A DNA stretch of 60,257 bases. It comes from Gracilinanus agilis (Eukaryota). The notes under the pieces are model-generated. The model did no database searches. It saw nothing but the letters and a program-made list of their open reading frames with translations, and had not been told where the DNA came from. Location of the stretch: positions 780,366,911 to 780,427,167 of the forward strand of contig NC_058130.1 in assembly GCF_016433145.1 (NCBI RefSeq), in the 5' to 3' direction. The translations under genes were made by a program, and so were the position numbers. Shown in pieces: positions 1-12,289 of this stretch. Each line of letters begins with the position of its first letter. Positions within the stretch are counted from its first letter, which is position 1.

Positions 1-929
1 CCATTACACTTTAATTCCATTCGGTCCTATTCCACATGGCTTCCGAAGGTGACGGCATCAGGAGCAGAGGGGTCTGGCTAGGAGGAAAGCCCTGGAGAGA
101 GGCCTTGTCCAGTCCCAGGCAGGCAGGACCCCAGGCAGGGGAGGGCAATAGTCTTACTCAATTTTGGCCCCTTCCTCCCAGGACCAGCTCTCCCGCCACC
201 CCCTCTGGGGAGCCTTCCCTGTTTCCTCCCAGTGGGAGGCGATCCTTTACCCTTCGGTTTGGCCTTTCCTATACACTAAATCACCTTCTAGGCTGTTTAA
301 GCCTTGCCTGTGTGCTGCTCTTATCTCCCTATGAACCCGAGAAGCCAGGCTAGAGTGGGGGAAGGCTCTCCGGCCGGCCAGCCCATTGCTTTACTTCCGT
401 CTCTGAAACCTTTGACCGTGGCGCAGTCCTTTCCCTTCTCTCTGGCCCATGTCCTGGTCTAGGCTTCTGGGGCTGAGAGCACGGACGGAGCCAGTCTGAG
501 AAAGGCAGCTCGGCTCCAGGGATCCTGGCCCTCCAGGAGCCTCCCAACGAGGCCTCAGAGAGAAGCAGGAAAAGCCTCGGCACCCCACTTTCCAGAGAAG
601 GAAACTGAGGCGGCTCAGCGCCGTGGCCTGGGGCCTGAAGGACCAGCACTCCCAAAGGGCACATCCTCCAAGGAACTGGTCATCTCCTGGTCTGGGATCA
701 TCGATTTAGAGCCGAAGGGCAGCTCGGAGGTCATCGAGTCCAGCGGTCTCGTTTTACACGTGAGGAAACTGAGGCCCACAAAGGCTAATTAACCTTCCAA
801 AGTCACACAGATAGGAAGCGTCCGAGGCGCTATTTTAGCCCCCAGAGCCAGGAATCTTGCTGTTACCGGTCTATGCCTAGCTCACTCTTGGCCCGAAATC
901 CTGCCCAAAACTCGGGTGAATGTAGACGT

Positions 930-1220
930 TCATCGACTGGGGAATGGCCGGACAGCTGTGGTGTGCCGGAATAATAAGGGGAAGGGAAGGGGAGGGCAGG
1001 AGAAGGGAGAGAAGCAGCACTGAGAGAGGCCTCCCGGGGGCCGGGCACGCAACGAAGCCCCCGTTAGTGCCGGAAGAGACGACGCGGGCACCGAATGACG
1101 AAAGACGGGGAGACTTTCTTTCTGTGGCCCCGGGGGGGGGGGAGCGGGGCCCGGAGAACAGCCTGCCCACAGCGATGCCCAAGCAAGCGGGACCAACAAC
1201 AAAAGAGCCGAAACACGTCA
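930..1220. promoter_or_regulatory. CpG-rich housekeeping-type promoter, probably of a gene extending left out of the window
   Basis: Local CpG cluster with ETS CCGGAAG at 1070-1076, TGACG at 1096-1100 and ACGTCA at 1215-1220. No coding exon was recognised. Confidence 0.45.
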
Positions 1221-1566
1221 GTCAGTCATGAAGCATTTATTAAGCGCCTACTATGTGCCAGACTAAAGGTATAATGACCAAGCTCGTCCTCGGAGGAGGG
1301 GGGAAGCTCCTTGTGCCCCCCCATTTACAGGGACGCCCCAGCCAGCGCCAATATGGAGAGGATTTTGCTGAAGCCATTTTTTTTCATCTTTTTTTCTCAT
1401 TTGTTGTAAGAGGCGGCTCTCTGGACCGGAGGAGAGAAGGGAACATCGGGAAAGAGAAAGGTACTGGGGCAGCCGGGCGGGGTAGTGGACGGAGTGCCAG
1501 CCCTGGAGGCCGGGAGACTTGGGCTCAAATACAAGCTCAGACGCCTTCTAGCTGTGTGACTCTGGG

Positions 1567-2170
1567 GGGGAGACAGACAGACAGAAATAGAGACAGAGAG
1601 ACAGAGGGAGAGGGAGAGAGGGAAGGAGAGAGAGACAGAAGCAGAGAAAGAGACAGAGAGAGAGACAGAGACAGAGACAGAGGGAAAGGGAGAGAGAGAC
1701 GGAAAGAGAGAGACAGACTGAGATAGANNNNNNNNNNNNNNNNNNNNNNNNNNNNNNNNNNNNNNNNNNNNNNNNNNNNNNNNNNNNNNNNNNNNNNNNN
1801 NNNNNNNNNNNNNNNNNNNNNNNNNNNNNNNNNNNNNNNNNNNNNNNNNNNNNNNNNGAGACAGAGGGAGAGAAAGAAGAGAGAGAAACAGAGGGAGAGG
1901 GGGAGAGAGAAGGAGAGACAGACAGAGAGACAAAGAGACAGAGAGATTGAGAGAGAGAGACAGAGGGAGGGAGGAGAAGGAGGGAAGAAAGGAGAGAGAA
2001 AGAGACAGAGACAGAGAGCCAAAGGGGGATGGAGGGAGAGGGGAGGGAGGGAAGGAGGAAGGCAGAGAGAGACAAAGACAGGGAGAGAAGGGGAGGGAGA
2101 GACAGAGAGATAATGAGAGAGACAGAGACAAAGAGAGACACAAAGAGAGAGAGAGAGAATCATACAGAAA
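1567..2170. repeat. GA-rich low-complexity/microsatellite tract with gap (N 1728-1857)
   Basis: (GA)n/(GACA)n mosaic. Confidence 0.9.
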
Positions 2171-3546
2171 CAAAATATAGCCACAATTTTAAAGAAAAGT
2201 TAAATTGTATGACTGAGGCCTAGAGAAGTGAGGCCATGTTCAAGGTCACCTAGATAGGAAGTGACAAAGAGAGGCTGTCACAAAACAAGGACTTGCCCAA
2301 GGTCACACATCGATCTGAAAGAGCAGGAGAGTCACTCGTACTTGAATGGCCTGGGCATTGGGGCAAGCCAAGGCGCTAGAGGCCATTAAGGCAGGATAGT
2401 GTCCAACTGTGTGGGATTTAAATGCCAGAGTGAAGATTTGGGCCTTTTCTTCTAGGCATTACAGAACCGCTGAAGTCAAGGGGCAATCTGACCCCAGGAG
2501 GGTGCCTCTGGGAGCCTGGGAGACATGGGTGGGAGAAGAAACTGAAGGCAGGGCCAGAGGGTGGATGGCTGATGCCAAAAGGAAGTTATAAAGTGCAGCC
2601 CAACTCCAATCTCGCCCCATCCAGGAGGCCCACCCGGCCACGCCAGTCCCCAGCGATGCCTCCCTCCTTTGACTCGTCCAGGTTACCCTGCCAGTCCCCA
2701 CACTCTGGCACTAATAGTCCGAGGTCCATACTTGAATATACTCTCTGAGCTGGAGCCCTGGGCTGCCAAGTTACCCAGGCCCTGGCACTGCAGGCATCCC
2801 TCACCCTGGCCCGTGCCAGCCCAGAGCGACACATAACAGGGTCCCCACTCGCTGAATTTCCTCCCAGGATCCAGGCAGTCTCTCCAGCTCAGCCAGATCT
2901 TAAAGCTGGGCCCCAGAGACCCAGGGGTAACACTCCAGGCAGCCCAGGAAAAGGGGGCACAGATGGGGGTGGGTCACGGGTGGTCACTGGGAGATGACGG
3001 GAAGTCTGGGTCACAGGTGGCACAAGGGATTCTCCACAGGCATGCTTCGGATGGCAGAGCGGGGCCGGGGCAGGGGGAGCGGGACAAGCAAGGTCCTGGC
3101 ACCTTGGACGTCCATGAGCTGAATGCCAGGTCTTTCCCGACACTGAGCTTCTATCTACACTTCTGACTGACTTAAAGGGATGGGGCTACTGTCTGGTCTG
3201 GCCCCTTCTCGGGGTCCGTCACACCTAGCCCAAAGTCCAGGAAGAGGCGGGGTGGGCCTCCTTGGTCGCCAGAGAGGAGCGACGGGTGCCTTGGGGTCTT
3301 GGGAGGAGGACGGGGAGCTGGGCGGGGCAAGCTCTGGGGACAGTAAGGGCAGGTCATTCTCCTCGTCAACTGCAAGGTGACTGACCTCCCCCTGCCTCAG
3401 GCCGAGGGCGAGGGACAAAGAGGATGAAGAGGTCGGGGCCCCGGGGGGGCCAGGCGCCCTCCCCAGCCCACCGGCAGCCCCCCATCCCGAGCCCCCCTTC
3501 TTCCCACGGATTCCCCCCTCCCACGGCTCCTCTTTCATGCCGTCCC

Positions 3547-6500
3547 TCAGGAGCTGCAGGCCTCCTTCGGGGACTTCTTAGCACCTTGAAGGATGAGGGC
3601 TGAGGCTGATGCCCGCTTCTGATGCCGCCACTTGGCACGACGGTTTTTGAACCAGACCTGTGGGAGGGGTGAGGGAGAAGGCAGGAGGAGCCCCAGGTCA
3701 GACCTGGAACATCAGGCACCTCCCACGGGCTGCTCTCCACTCCTGCCTCAGTTTCCCTTACTTCAGTGGGTCAAGGAGGAGGGTGCAGGGTGAATGTGGG
3801 ACCTGCTTGGCAAGGACTCCAGGGAGGGCTTCTGGAGAGAGGTGTCTCGGGATAGAGCAGGGGACTTCGGAGGCCCTTCCTTCCATGCTGGGAGAGAACG
3901 TGGAACACACCATGTCGTCCCAGAAAGGGACCTTAGAACATAGAACATGGAGGCCAGAAGACCCCTCCGAACACAGATCGTCGGGGCTAGGAGAGGCCTC
4001 CAAGAAGCTATCAGGGCCGAGGAGCCCTTCGAGATCAAGGGGTCCCTCCTTTCCCAGGCGAGAGAGCAGGAGAGCCGTCGCCTTAAGGTGTCCCACTCCT
4101 CCAGGTCTGGGGAAGAAGAGGGGGAAGCATCTGGGTGCCTCATGGGAAGAGCGTCTAGGAGGAATGAGGGGAATAGGAGAAGGAAGTGAGGCGATGAAGG
4201 GAATTGGGGTGGACTTGGCAGGGAGGTGCACAATAGATTGGAGAGAAATAGAAGAGGGACAGGAAAGCGGAATTGTGGGGGGCCAGGAGGAGGCTGAAGT
4301 GGCGGGGCAGATGATGGGGGCAGCAGGCCACCAGGTACAGTGGAGGGTCTGTAGCCTTCCTGCGCCCTTCGAGGCTCCCTCGCCCTAGACCCCTCTCCAT
4401 ATTTCTCCCCATTCCATGAGGTTCCTACCTCCACTCTTTCCTCCTTGAGATGGATGCGATTAGCCAGATGTTCACGGGCCACCACATCTGGATACTGGTT
4501 CTGCAAGAATAAGGCCTCCAAGGCCTGCAGCTGCTCCTCACTGAAGATGGTTCGGTGCCTCCGGGTCCTCCTCTGTAGGGGCTGGAATGGGGGCAAGGTC
4601 CCAGCTGGGGGTCCCCGGGGACCCTTGCACATGCGGCCTGTCGCTGGAAGCAGCCTCAGTGGCCAAGGAAACCTGGAGTCTGGGAGAGGGAAACAAAGGC
4701 AGAGAGAAAGTCACCCTGAGCTTCTGAGTCACAGCTCCCACTGGTTTGGGAAGGGGAGCCAGCTCGGAATCTGAGCCAGCAAGCAAGGTGGGTGGGAGCA
4801 GAGAATCCGAGATCGAGGTCTGGAAGGGACCCCAGAGGGCATCACATCTAACCCTCTTCTGTTTACAGAAGAGGAAACTGAGACCAGCAGAGATCAAATA
4901 ACTTCTCACAGTCGTGAAGGTAATAAGGGAAGAGCTGGAATTTGAACTCGGGTCTTCTGAGTCCTCTTTCCATCAAACTTCTCTGAGAGAGACAGACAGA
5001 CAGACAGACAGACTCTGACAGACAGACAGAGACATAAGAGAAAGACAGAGACATATGACAGAGAGAGAGAAAGAGGTGGGGAGAGAATAGAGAGAGAAGG
5101 AGAGGAGGGAGGGAGGGAGAGAGAGGGAGAGACAGAGAGAGGAAAAGAGGGGGGGGGGAGAGAGAGAGAGAGAGAGAGAGGGAGGGAGNNNNNNNNNNNN
5201 NNNNNNNNNNNNNNNNNNNNNNNNNNNNNNNNNNNNNNNNNNNNNNNNNNNNNNNNNNNNNNNNNNNNNNNNNNNNNNNNNNNNNNNNNNNNNNNNNNNN
5301 NNNNNNNNNNNNNNNNNNNNNNNNNNNNNNNNNNNNNNNNNNNNNNNNNNNNNNNNNNNNNNNNNNNNNNNNNNNNNNNNNNNNNNNNNNNNNNNNNNNN
5401 NNNNNNNNNNNNNNNNNNNNNNNNNNNNNNNNNNNNNNNNNNNNNNNNNNNNNNAACCTAGCAACTAAGAATTTTAATTTTCAGGGACTTTTTAGATNNN
5501 NNNNNNNNNNNNNNNNNNNNNNNNNNNNNNNNNNNNNNNNNNNNNNNNNNNNNNNNNNNNNNNNNNNNNNNNNNNNNNNNNNNNNNNNNNNNNNNNNNNN
5601 NNNNNNNNNNNNNNNNNNNNNNNNNNNNNNNNNNNNNNNNNNNNNNNNNNNNNNNNNNNNNNNNNNNNNNNNNNNNNNNNNNNNNNNNNNNNNNNNNNNN
5701 NNNNNNNNNNNNNNNNNNNNNNNNNNNNNNNNNNNGAGAGACAGGGACAGACAGAGAAAGAATTCAGTGAACAAAAGTCTGAAAAATAGGCCCTGGAGCT
5801 CAGAGACACAGAGAAATCATGAGAGATCGGTCAAGAGACAGAAACAGGGAGAAGAAACATCAAAACAAACCAAGAAAAAGTAAAACAAGTCAGACACTGA
5901 GAGAATCTAGGATAAAACTGGGACAAACAGATACAGAGATAGAAAGAGAGGACAGAAGAGGAGGGAAGGAAAGAGAAAAAAGGAAGGAGAAAGAAATGGA
6001 GGGAGAGAAAAAGAGAAAAAGAGGAAGAGGGAGAAAAAGAGGAAGGAGAAAGAAAGAGATGTGAAAGGGGAGGGAGAGAGGAGGAGAAAGGCAGAGATGG
6101 ATGAAGAGAGAAAGAGGAGGGGCGAAGAAATTAAGAAACAGATATCTAGAAGGGGAGAGAGAGACGAAGAAGACAAAGAGAGAGAAGGAAAGAGAGAGAG
6201 ACAGAGACAGGCAGAGACAGAGAGACAGGGAGAGAGAAAGGAAATGAGGGAGAGAGGGGAGAGACAGAAAGAGAGGGAGGGAGAGAGGAAGAGAGGGGGA
6301 GGAGGAGAAAGAGACACAGAGACAGAGAGGAGGGAGAGAGACAGATAGAGACAGAGACACAGAGAGAGACAAGAGTCAGAGATAGAGAGATAGAGAGGGA
6401 GAGACAGAGAGAGACAGAGACAAAGAGAGAGAACAACAAACTGAGACTTTAGAGAGTGAAAAGAGAGAGAAAGAGGGAAAGAAAACTCAATAGGGCTGGA

Positions 6501-8215
6501 AAGAACCAACAGGGACAGAGAAAGAAACAAAGACAGAGTCAGAGGAGTAAACTGAGTCAGAGTCCCAAAGCAGGGGAGATGGAAACAGATGGAAAGAAGA
6601 AGATAGAAGTGAAAAGTTAGGGGGAAAGAGATCGGTGAGTCAGCAAGCATTTAGTAAGCACCTACTGTGTGCCCAGCATTGTGCTCAGCCCTGGAGATCC
6701 AAAAAGAGACTAAAGATGGTCCTCGTCCTTGAGGAGCTCCTAGTCTAATGGAGGAGACGATGGGCAAACACCCAGGGGCAAAGAGAACATGGAAGCGATG
6801 ACTGAGAGGCTCAGGGAGACGTACAGTCGTGGGCCAGAAGGAATCCCTAAATGGGAGCCCCAGCTGGACCGTCGTCGTGCCGGCCTGCCTTTGCTCCCCG
6901 GTGGGGATGGCTCTCTCTCTGGGCCCTGCAGCTTGAGAAGCTTCCAGGGAAGGTGAGGGAGTCAGGGAGGAGGAGTTTGGCTCCTTTTTCAGTCATGTGA
7001 GCATGAGCAAGGCCCTTAGCTGGTTTGGGCCTCAGTTTCCCCATCTACAAAACGAGCCAGTCGTGCTTTGCCTCTTTGCCTCTCAGGATTATTGGGCCAA
7101 AAGTGACTTGCAAAGGCCTGGAGGTGTAGGAATGAGTATTACTGTCCTGGGGAGGTGGGGGCCTGCGTGGGGGTGGGGGGCGCTGAGTCTGGGCTGGATC
7201 CAGACCCCGCTTGCCTTTCCTCTCCAGTGGCCCCTGGGGACACTCCCAGCAGTGCTGCTAGAAACGGGAGCAGGGGGGGAAGATGGGGGCTCAGCCTTTT
7301 CGTCCTGCTCAGAAGCTCCAGTGTTATCCCTATAGCCTTGGCCTGGCAATCCGGAGGCCCTGGGTTCTAATCTTGGCTTCTGCCGTGAACTCCCACAGGG
7401 CCACAGCAGGTTCAGCTGCCTGAGCCTCAGTTTCCTTCCCTGAAAAATGAGAAATCAGCCTAGATGATATCTCAGCATGGACATGCCCTGTTCTAAGGTC
7501 CCTCAGAGTCCTGACGTTCTCTGTTCTCTATTCTGGGAACCTGATGTTCTCGTTCAGTTGTTCCAGGTGGGTCGGATTCTTCAGGACCCCTTTGGGGATT
7601 TTCTTGGCAAAGATCCTGCAGCAGCTTGCCATTTCCCTTTCCAGCTCATTTTTACAAAGGAGGAAACTGAGGCAAGCAGGGCTGAGCGACCCCCCCCTCG
7701 CCCCCCGTGCTGCAGAGATGGGTCCTCGGGGCTCCTAGGGGAATTCTCAGTGAGGGAGTCCATTTGACAGAGGAGGAAACCGAGAGAGGACAAGACTTGT
7801 TCAGGGCCCCCCCAAGGAGTGAGTAGCGCAGCCGGGATTCGAAGCCGAGCCTCTGACTCCACATCTGGAACTTCTCCAGAGACCCTCCTCTTTGGACGCC
7901 CCCCTAAGCCCTTCCCGTGAGACCCCCCAGACAAAGACACTCACCCAGCCAGACGGGGGCCTCCTGCAGGCCGTGGGGGCCGGCATGGTGGGCGCAGCAG
8001 CAGCAGACGCCGCATGCCGCCGGGCCGGACTCCTCCGGCTCCTCGGGGTCGTCGGGCAGGGCTCCGGGAGAGCGGGACGCCCTGGGCGGCTCCGGACCCT
8101 TGGCCTGGCTCCGCGGGCCCGAGGGGGGCCCGGCCGGCGGGGGGGCGTCCGACAAGATGTGGTCGATGCTGAAGGGGCACGGCCTTCCGAGGCCCCCCCG
8201 GCCGGCTAGTGCCAT
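3547..8215 (-). CDS. GSC2: Goosecoid homeobox 2 (paired-class K50 homeodomain TF), 3 coding exons, 210 aa
   Basis: Exons are 8215-7945 (271 nt, ATG in gacATGG, donor GTGAGT), 4679-4429 (251 nt, cccag acceptor, donor GTAGGA) and 3657-3547 (111 nt, ends TGA); total 633 nt with consistent phases. The protein has the eh1 motif GRPCPFSIDHILS, a Cys run (ACGVCCCC), FPWPLRL, and the homeodomain RRTRRHRTIFSEEQLQALEALFLQNQYPDVVAREHLANRIHLKEERVE|VWFKNRRAKWRHQKR. It ends RASASALILQGAKKSPKEACSS. All of this matches recalled human GSC2 rather than GSC. Confidence 0.95.
4985..6620. repeat. GA-rich purine tract in GSC2 intron 1 with two gaps (N 5189-5454, 5498-5735)
   Basis: Direct inspection. Confidence 0.9.
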
Positions 8216-8990
8216 GTCCCGCAGCGCCAGGAGGAGCCCTCGGCTGTGTGTCGGCTCTCGTCCCGCCCCAGCGAGCCTTGTGGCCGGAGCCGCCACACAT
8301 CGATGGGTGCTTCTCTCCTAAGCTCCCAGCCTCGGTATCTGGCTATCGCTTTCTATAGATATAAATATATAAACGTATACATGGGGGAGAGGGACAGGGA
8401 GAGGGATGTATAATCCCTTGGAAAGAAAACTCTAAGACCCCTGTGAATAAAATAAATTCTCCCTAATCTTCGGCGCTTTGTGTGGGGTTAGTGTGGATCT
8501 AAGATTTAGCTAATCCTCCCGAAATGAGTCCGGGAGGAAATCTCGCCTCTCCATCTCGAGTGGAGATTGGAGGTGGCGTTCGGTGCCATTGTGAGCAGCC
8601 TGGGTCCGAGGAAGCGGGAGGAGAACCGTTCCCAGGCCAGAAATGGGCCCAGAGGATTAGCGCCTTAAAAAACTGCCCATTATCCCTGGGGACAGGGGAG
8701 GGCTGCCTGCCGGGAGGGAATTGTCACATCAGAGGGCATTAGAGACAGGCGGGGAGGAAAGATGCCGCCGGGCCGGACGTGGCGGGGAGCTCTGGGACCC
8801 GAGAGACGGAGGCCGAGAGAGGAGGAGATGGGGAGAGAGACAAAGGCGAGGGAGGGGGGCCGGGGCGAGAGGGAACCTTCGGGAGAAAAGCCGAACGGCC
8901 GGGATATTTTTAGTTCTTCGCTTTGCCCGTCGTTTTCTCCGTGTTAGTCGACTCGTTTCATCCTCACGATAACCCGGGGAAGCCGAAGTT
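7950..8990. promoter_or_regulatory. CpG island over GSC2 exon 1 and upstream region, with bicoid-type TAATCC sites
   Basis: Dense CpG by eye. TAATCCC at 8411, TAATCT at 8464, TAATCC at 8511 and GGATTA at 8654. Confidence 0.7.
8354..8380. promoter_or_regulatory. TATA-rich element of the GSC2 promoter
   Basis: TATAAATATATAAA at 8360-8373 is an isolated AT block in GC-rich DNA about 150 bp upstream of the GSC2 ATG. It reads TATATAT on the minus strand and also gives perfect TATA boxes on the plus strand. Confidence 0.6.
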
Positions 8991-9169
8991 GTTATTATCC
9001 CCATTTTACAGAGGAGGAAAAGGAGTCGCAGAGAGATCTGGGGCCCAGGAACAGGCAGCTGGCAAGTGTCTGAGGCAGGATTCAAACTCGGGTCTTCCCG
9101 ACGCCACGTCCAACGCTCTATCGCCCTGCTACCTAGCAGGCTCCAGTTGGAACAGAAATAGGGAGATTG

Positions 9170-9384
9170 GGGGCAGCTGGGTGGCTCAGTGGATGGAGAG
9201 CCAGGCCTGGAGATGGGAGGTCCTGGGTTCAAATCTGGCTTCAGACACTTCCTAGCTGTGTGACCCTGGATAAGTCACTTATACCCCACCCCACCCCCCA
9301 GCCTAGCCCTGACTGCTCTTCTGCCTTGGTACCAATGCACAGTATTCATTCTAAGATGGAAGGGGAGGGTTTAAGAAAAAAAAA
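9170..9384 (+). mobile_element. Full-length marsupial CORE-type SINE with 16-bp TSD
   Basis: tRNA-like head with A/B boxes (GGTGGCTCAGTGG, GGTTCAAATC) and an A-rich tail. The TSD AGAAATAGGGAGATTG lies at 9154-9169 and 9385-9400. Confidence 0.9.
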
Positions 9385-11599
9385 AGAAATAGGGAGATTG
9401 TGGGAAAGAGAAGCAGGACCAGGGGCAGAGGTACGGGGGTCTGCTGACTCCACTTCCCCCAGGGTGCAGAACTCTGCTCTTTGGGTGCTCTCTCATCTCA
9501 CCCGGCCTTCCTACCTGCTAAGAGCCTCACCTTGATGGGCTGCAAAGGGGGCTCCTCGGCATCCCCCATGAGCCACTCTGCCTTTGAGAGAGGAGCCCAG
9601 AGAAGGAAGGCGGCATGAACCCCGGGGGTGGCAAGCCGGGCCCTGAGGAGGCGGCAGCCTGCAGATTGCCAGATTGCCAAAGATAGTAACCATTAAACGG
9701 GCAGCGAGGCGATGCCGTAGTCAGGAAGACCCTCCTTCCCGAGTTCAAATCTGGCCTCAGACACTTCTTAGCTATGTGATTCTGGGCAAGTCCCTGTTTG
9801 CCTCAGTTTCCTCATTTGTAAAATAAGATGGAGAAAGAAATGGCGAACCGCTCTGGGATCTCTGCCAAGAAAATCCCAAAGAGGGTCAAGGGGAGTGGGA
9901 CACGACTGAACCATGCCCCAACAGCACGAAGGGGTGTTCACAGGAGGAAACTGAGGCCGGGCAGGTGAGTGGCCCATTCAGAGGATCCTCGCCCCAGAGG
10001 CCATCTCGCCCAACTTCCCCCAGGAAACTGACCTTCAGGGAAAGCCGAGTGAGCTGTCCGAGGCTACGCAGGTAAATCAACAGCCGAGGCAGGATTCAAA
10101 CCCAGAGCCGCTGACTTGGGTATGTTTTAGCCTAAAGTAGTAAGTAGCACATTCAGACCCAGCTAGTGAGGAGGGTGAGTGACTGCCTGACCACTTGGCA
10201 GGTCCCGGCCCTCCGAGTCACCATCTGGGTGCCCTTCCTTAGGCAAATCCCTTCTTTCTGGACCTCAGTGGTCTCCTCTGTAAAACGAGAAGATGTGGCC
10301 AGAAGAGACGGCTCTGAGATCCCAGCATCGGGGTCCCTGGGGCGACGGTCCCAATGGGCACAGGATGCCGCCTTCCTGCCCCTCCTGTAATCAGAGAAGT
10401 GGCTGTTCAGTCCCTTCGGTCATGCCCAACCCCTCTCCACCCCATTTGGAGTTTTCTTGGCAAAGATCCTGCAGGCATCGGTGTTTCCTTCTTCATCTCA
10501 TTTTACAGGAGAGGAAACTGAGGAAAACAGGGTTTATGGACTTGTTCAGGGTCACACAGCTAGTGAAGTCACAAAGAGGAGTCTTCCTCGGTCCGGGCCC
10601 AGCACTCTATCCACAGTGCCACCTGGCTGCCCCTCTCTCATTCAGGAGAGATCTGGAACTGGGTGCAAATCTCACCTTCGTGTCCCTGGGCTACGAGTTT
10701 TCTCATCTGTAAAATGGGGCTAATATGATCTCAGGAACTTGGAGCTGGAAGGGAAGACGGAGGGACCCCGCCCACCCTACCCGGAAACAAGGGTCCCATC
10801 TCGAACCCCCCCTGACAAGAGCCACTAAACCTTGGGGTGAAGACTTCCCTTTGGAGGCAGCCCATTCTACTGGAGGAGTCTGGCCTCCCATGGGCAGGAG
10901 CCCAATCCTGCCTCTGCGCCTCCTCCTTCTCCTCTTCTCCTCACTCCCGTGGTGGCCCAGCTCCAGCCAGGAAAGCCAGCTCTTTGGACCGCTTGAAAAC
11001 AGTGGGCACGCCCTGGGATCCCTGCGGAGTTTGGGGGTGTCTGGGCGAAGCCCATCCCCCCATATCATTTCCCACTCTGAGGCCTCCCAAGACGTGAGGA
11101 ATGGCCGCCCCAACCTTGGGAGGGCAGGAGCTAAGGAGCCGCCTTCAGCAGTGCCCTTCGGGATTGGAGGCAGGAGGAGAAGGAGTCAGCACTGTCGGGA
11201 GCCCCTCAGGAGCCAAGTGCAGGGGCCGGGAGGGCAGAAAGCTTGCCCAGGGGAAATGGAGGGGGCTCTATCTTGGAAGTAAACATCCCTCGCGGAAAAG
11301 CCACTTGAGGCTCCCCCTTCCCGTGTGGCCCTCCTAAAGCCAATCAATGGAGCCTTCCTGTCCTTTATTCCCCAAAAGGGATAGAAGACCCCAAGCTCTT
11401 CAGCTCATTGGAAAATCTCCTTTCCAGGCGCTTCCCCTCCCCCACACGGTCCCCAGAGTCCCAGAGCCTTGTCCCTGGGTGGTATCTAGGGCACGGCTCC
11501 GTGGGGTGGCCAATCAGAGCACTGTCTTCCTTGTCCTGATTAAAGACTTGTTCTTTCTAACTTTAGGGGTTCAGTGCTTTTCAAGGTTGACACTATGTA

Positions 11600-12180
11600 C
11601 CTCCCTTCTTCCCTCCCTCCCTTTTTTTCTTTCTTCCCTCCTTCCTTTTCCTTCCTTCCTTTTTCTTCCTTCCTTCCTCTCTCCCCCTCTTTTTCTTCCT
11701 TTCCTTCTCTTCCGTCCTTTTCTCTTTTCCTTCCTTCTTCCTTCCTTTCTTTACTTCTTCCTTCCTTTCTTTCCCTCCTTCTTTCTTCCTTTCTTCCCTC
11801 CTTCCTTTCTTTTCATTTTCTCTTTATTCCTTCCTACTTTCCTNNNNNNNNNNNNNNNNNNNNNNNNNNNNNNNNNNNNNNNNNNNNNNNNNNNNNNNNN
11901 NNNNNNNNNNNNNNNNNNNNNNNNNNNNNNNNNNNNNNNNNNNNNNNNNNNNNNNNNNNNNNNNNNNNNNNNNNNNNNNNNNNNNNNNNNNNNNNNNNNN
12001 NNNNNNNNNNNNNNNNNNNNNNNNNNNNNNNNNNNNNNNNNNNNNNNNNNNNNNNNNNNNNNNNNNNNNNNNNNNNNNNNNNNNNNNNNNNNNNNNNNNN
12101 NNNNNNNNNNNNNNNNNNNNNNNNNNNNNNNNNNNNNNNNNNNNNNNNNNNNNNNNNNNNNNNNNNNNNNNNNNNNNNNN
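11600..12180. repeat. (CTTC/CTTT)n pyrimidine tract with gap (N 11844-12180)
   Basis: Direct inspection. Confidence 0.9.
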
Positions 12181-12289
12181 NTTTTCTTATATTTCAGGTG
12201 TGCAGAAAGAAGTTGGTAGGAAATGTTTTTAATGTTCAAAAATTGTTCTGTGAAAGACTGCTGGTGCAGAGGTGCTGCTTGCTTTTTTT

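Noticed and set aside
3763-4632. 289-aa ORF as a single-exon homeobox gene
   Set aside because: It is GSC2 exon 2 reading into intron 2; helix 3 (VWFKNRRAKW) is in the separate exon 3657-3547.
8216-8296. N-terminal extension of GSC2 from position 8296
   Set aside because: The codon at 8296 is GTG. The ATG at 8215 has good context and matches the recalled GSC2 N-terminus.
9170-9260. tRNA-like A/B boxes
   Set aside because: They are heads of SINEs with CORE bodies, A-tails and TSDs, not tRNA genes.
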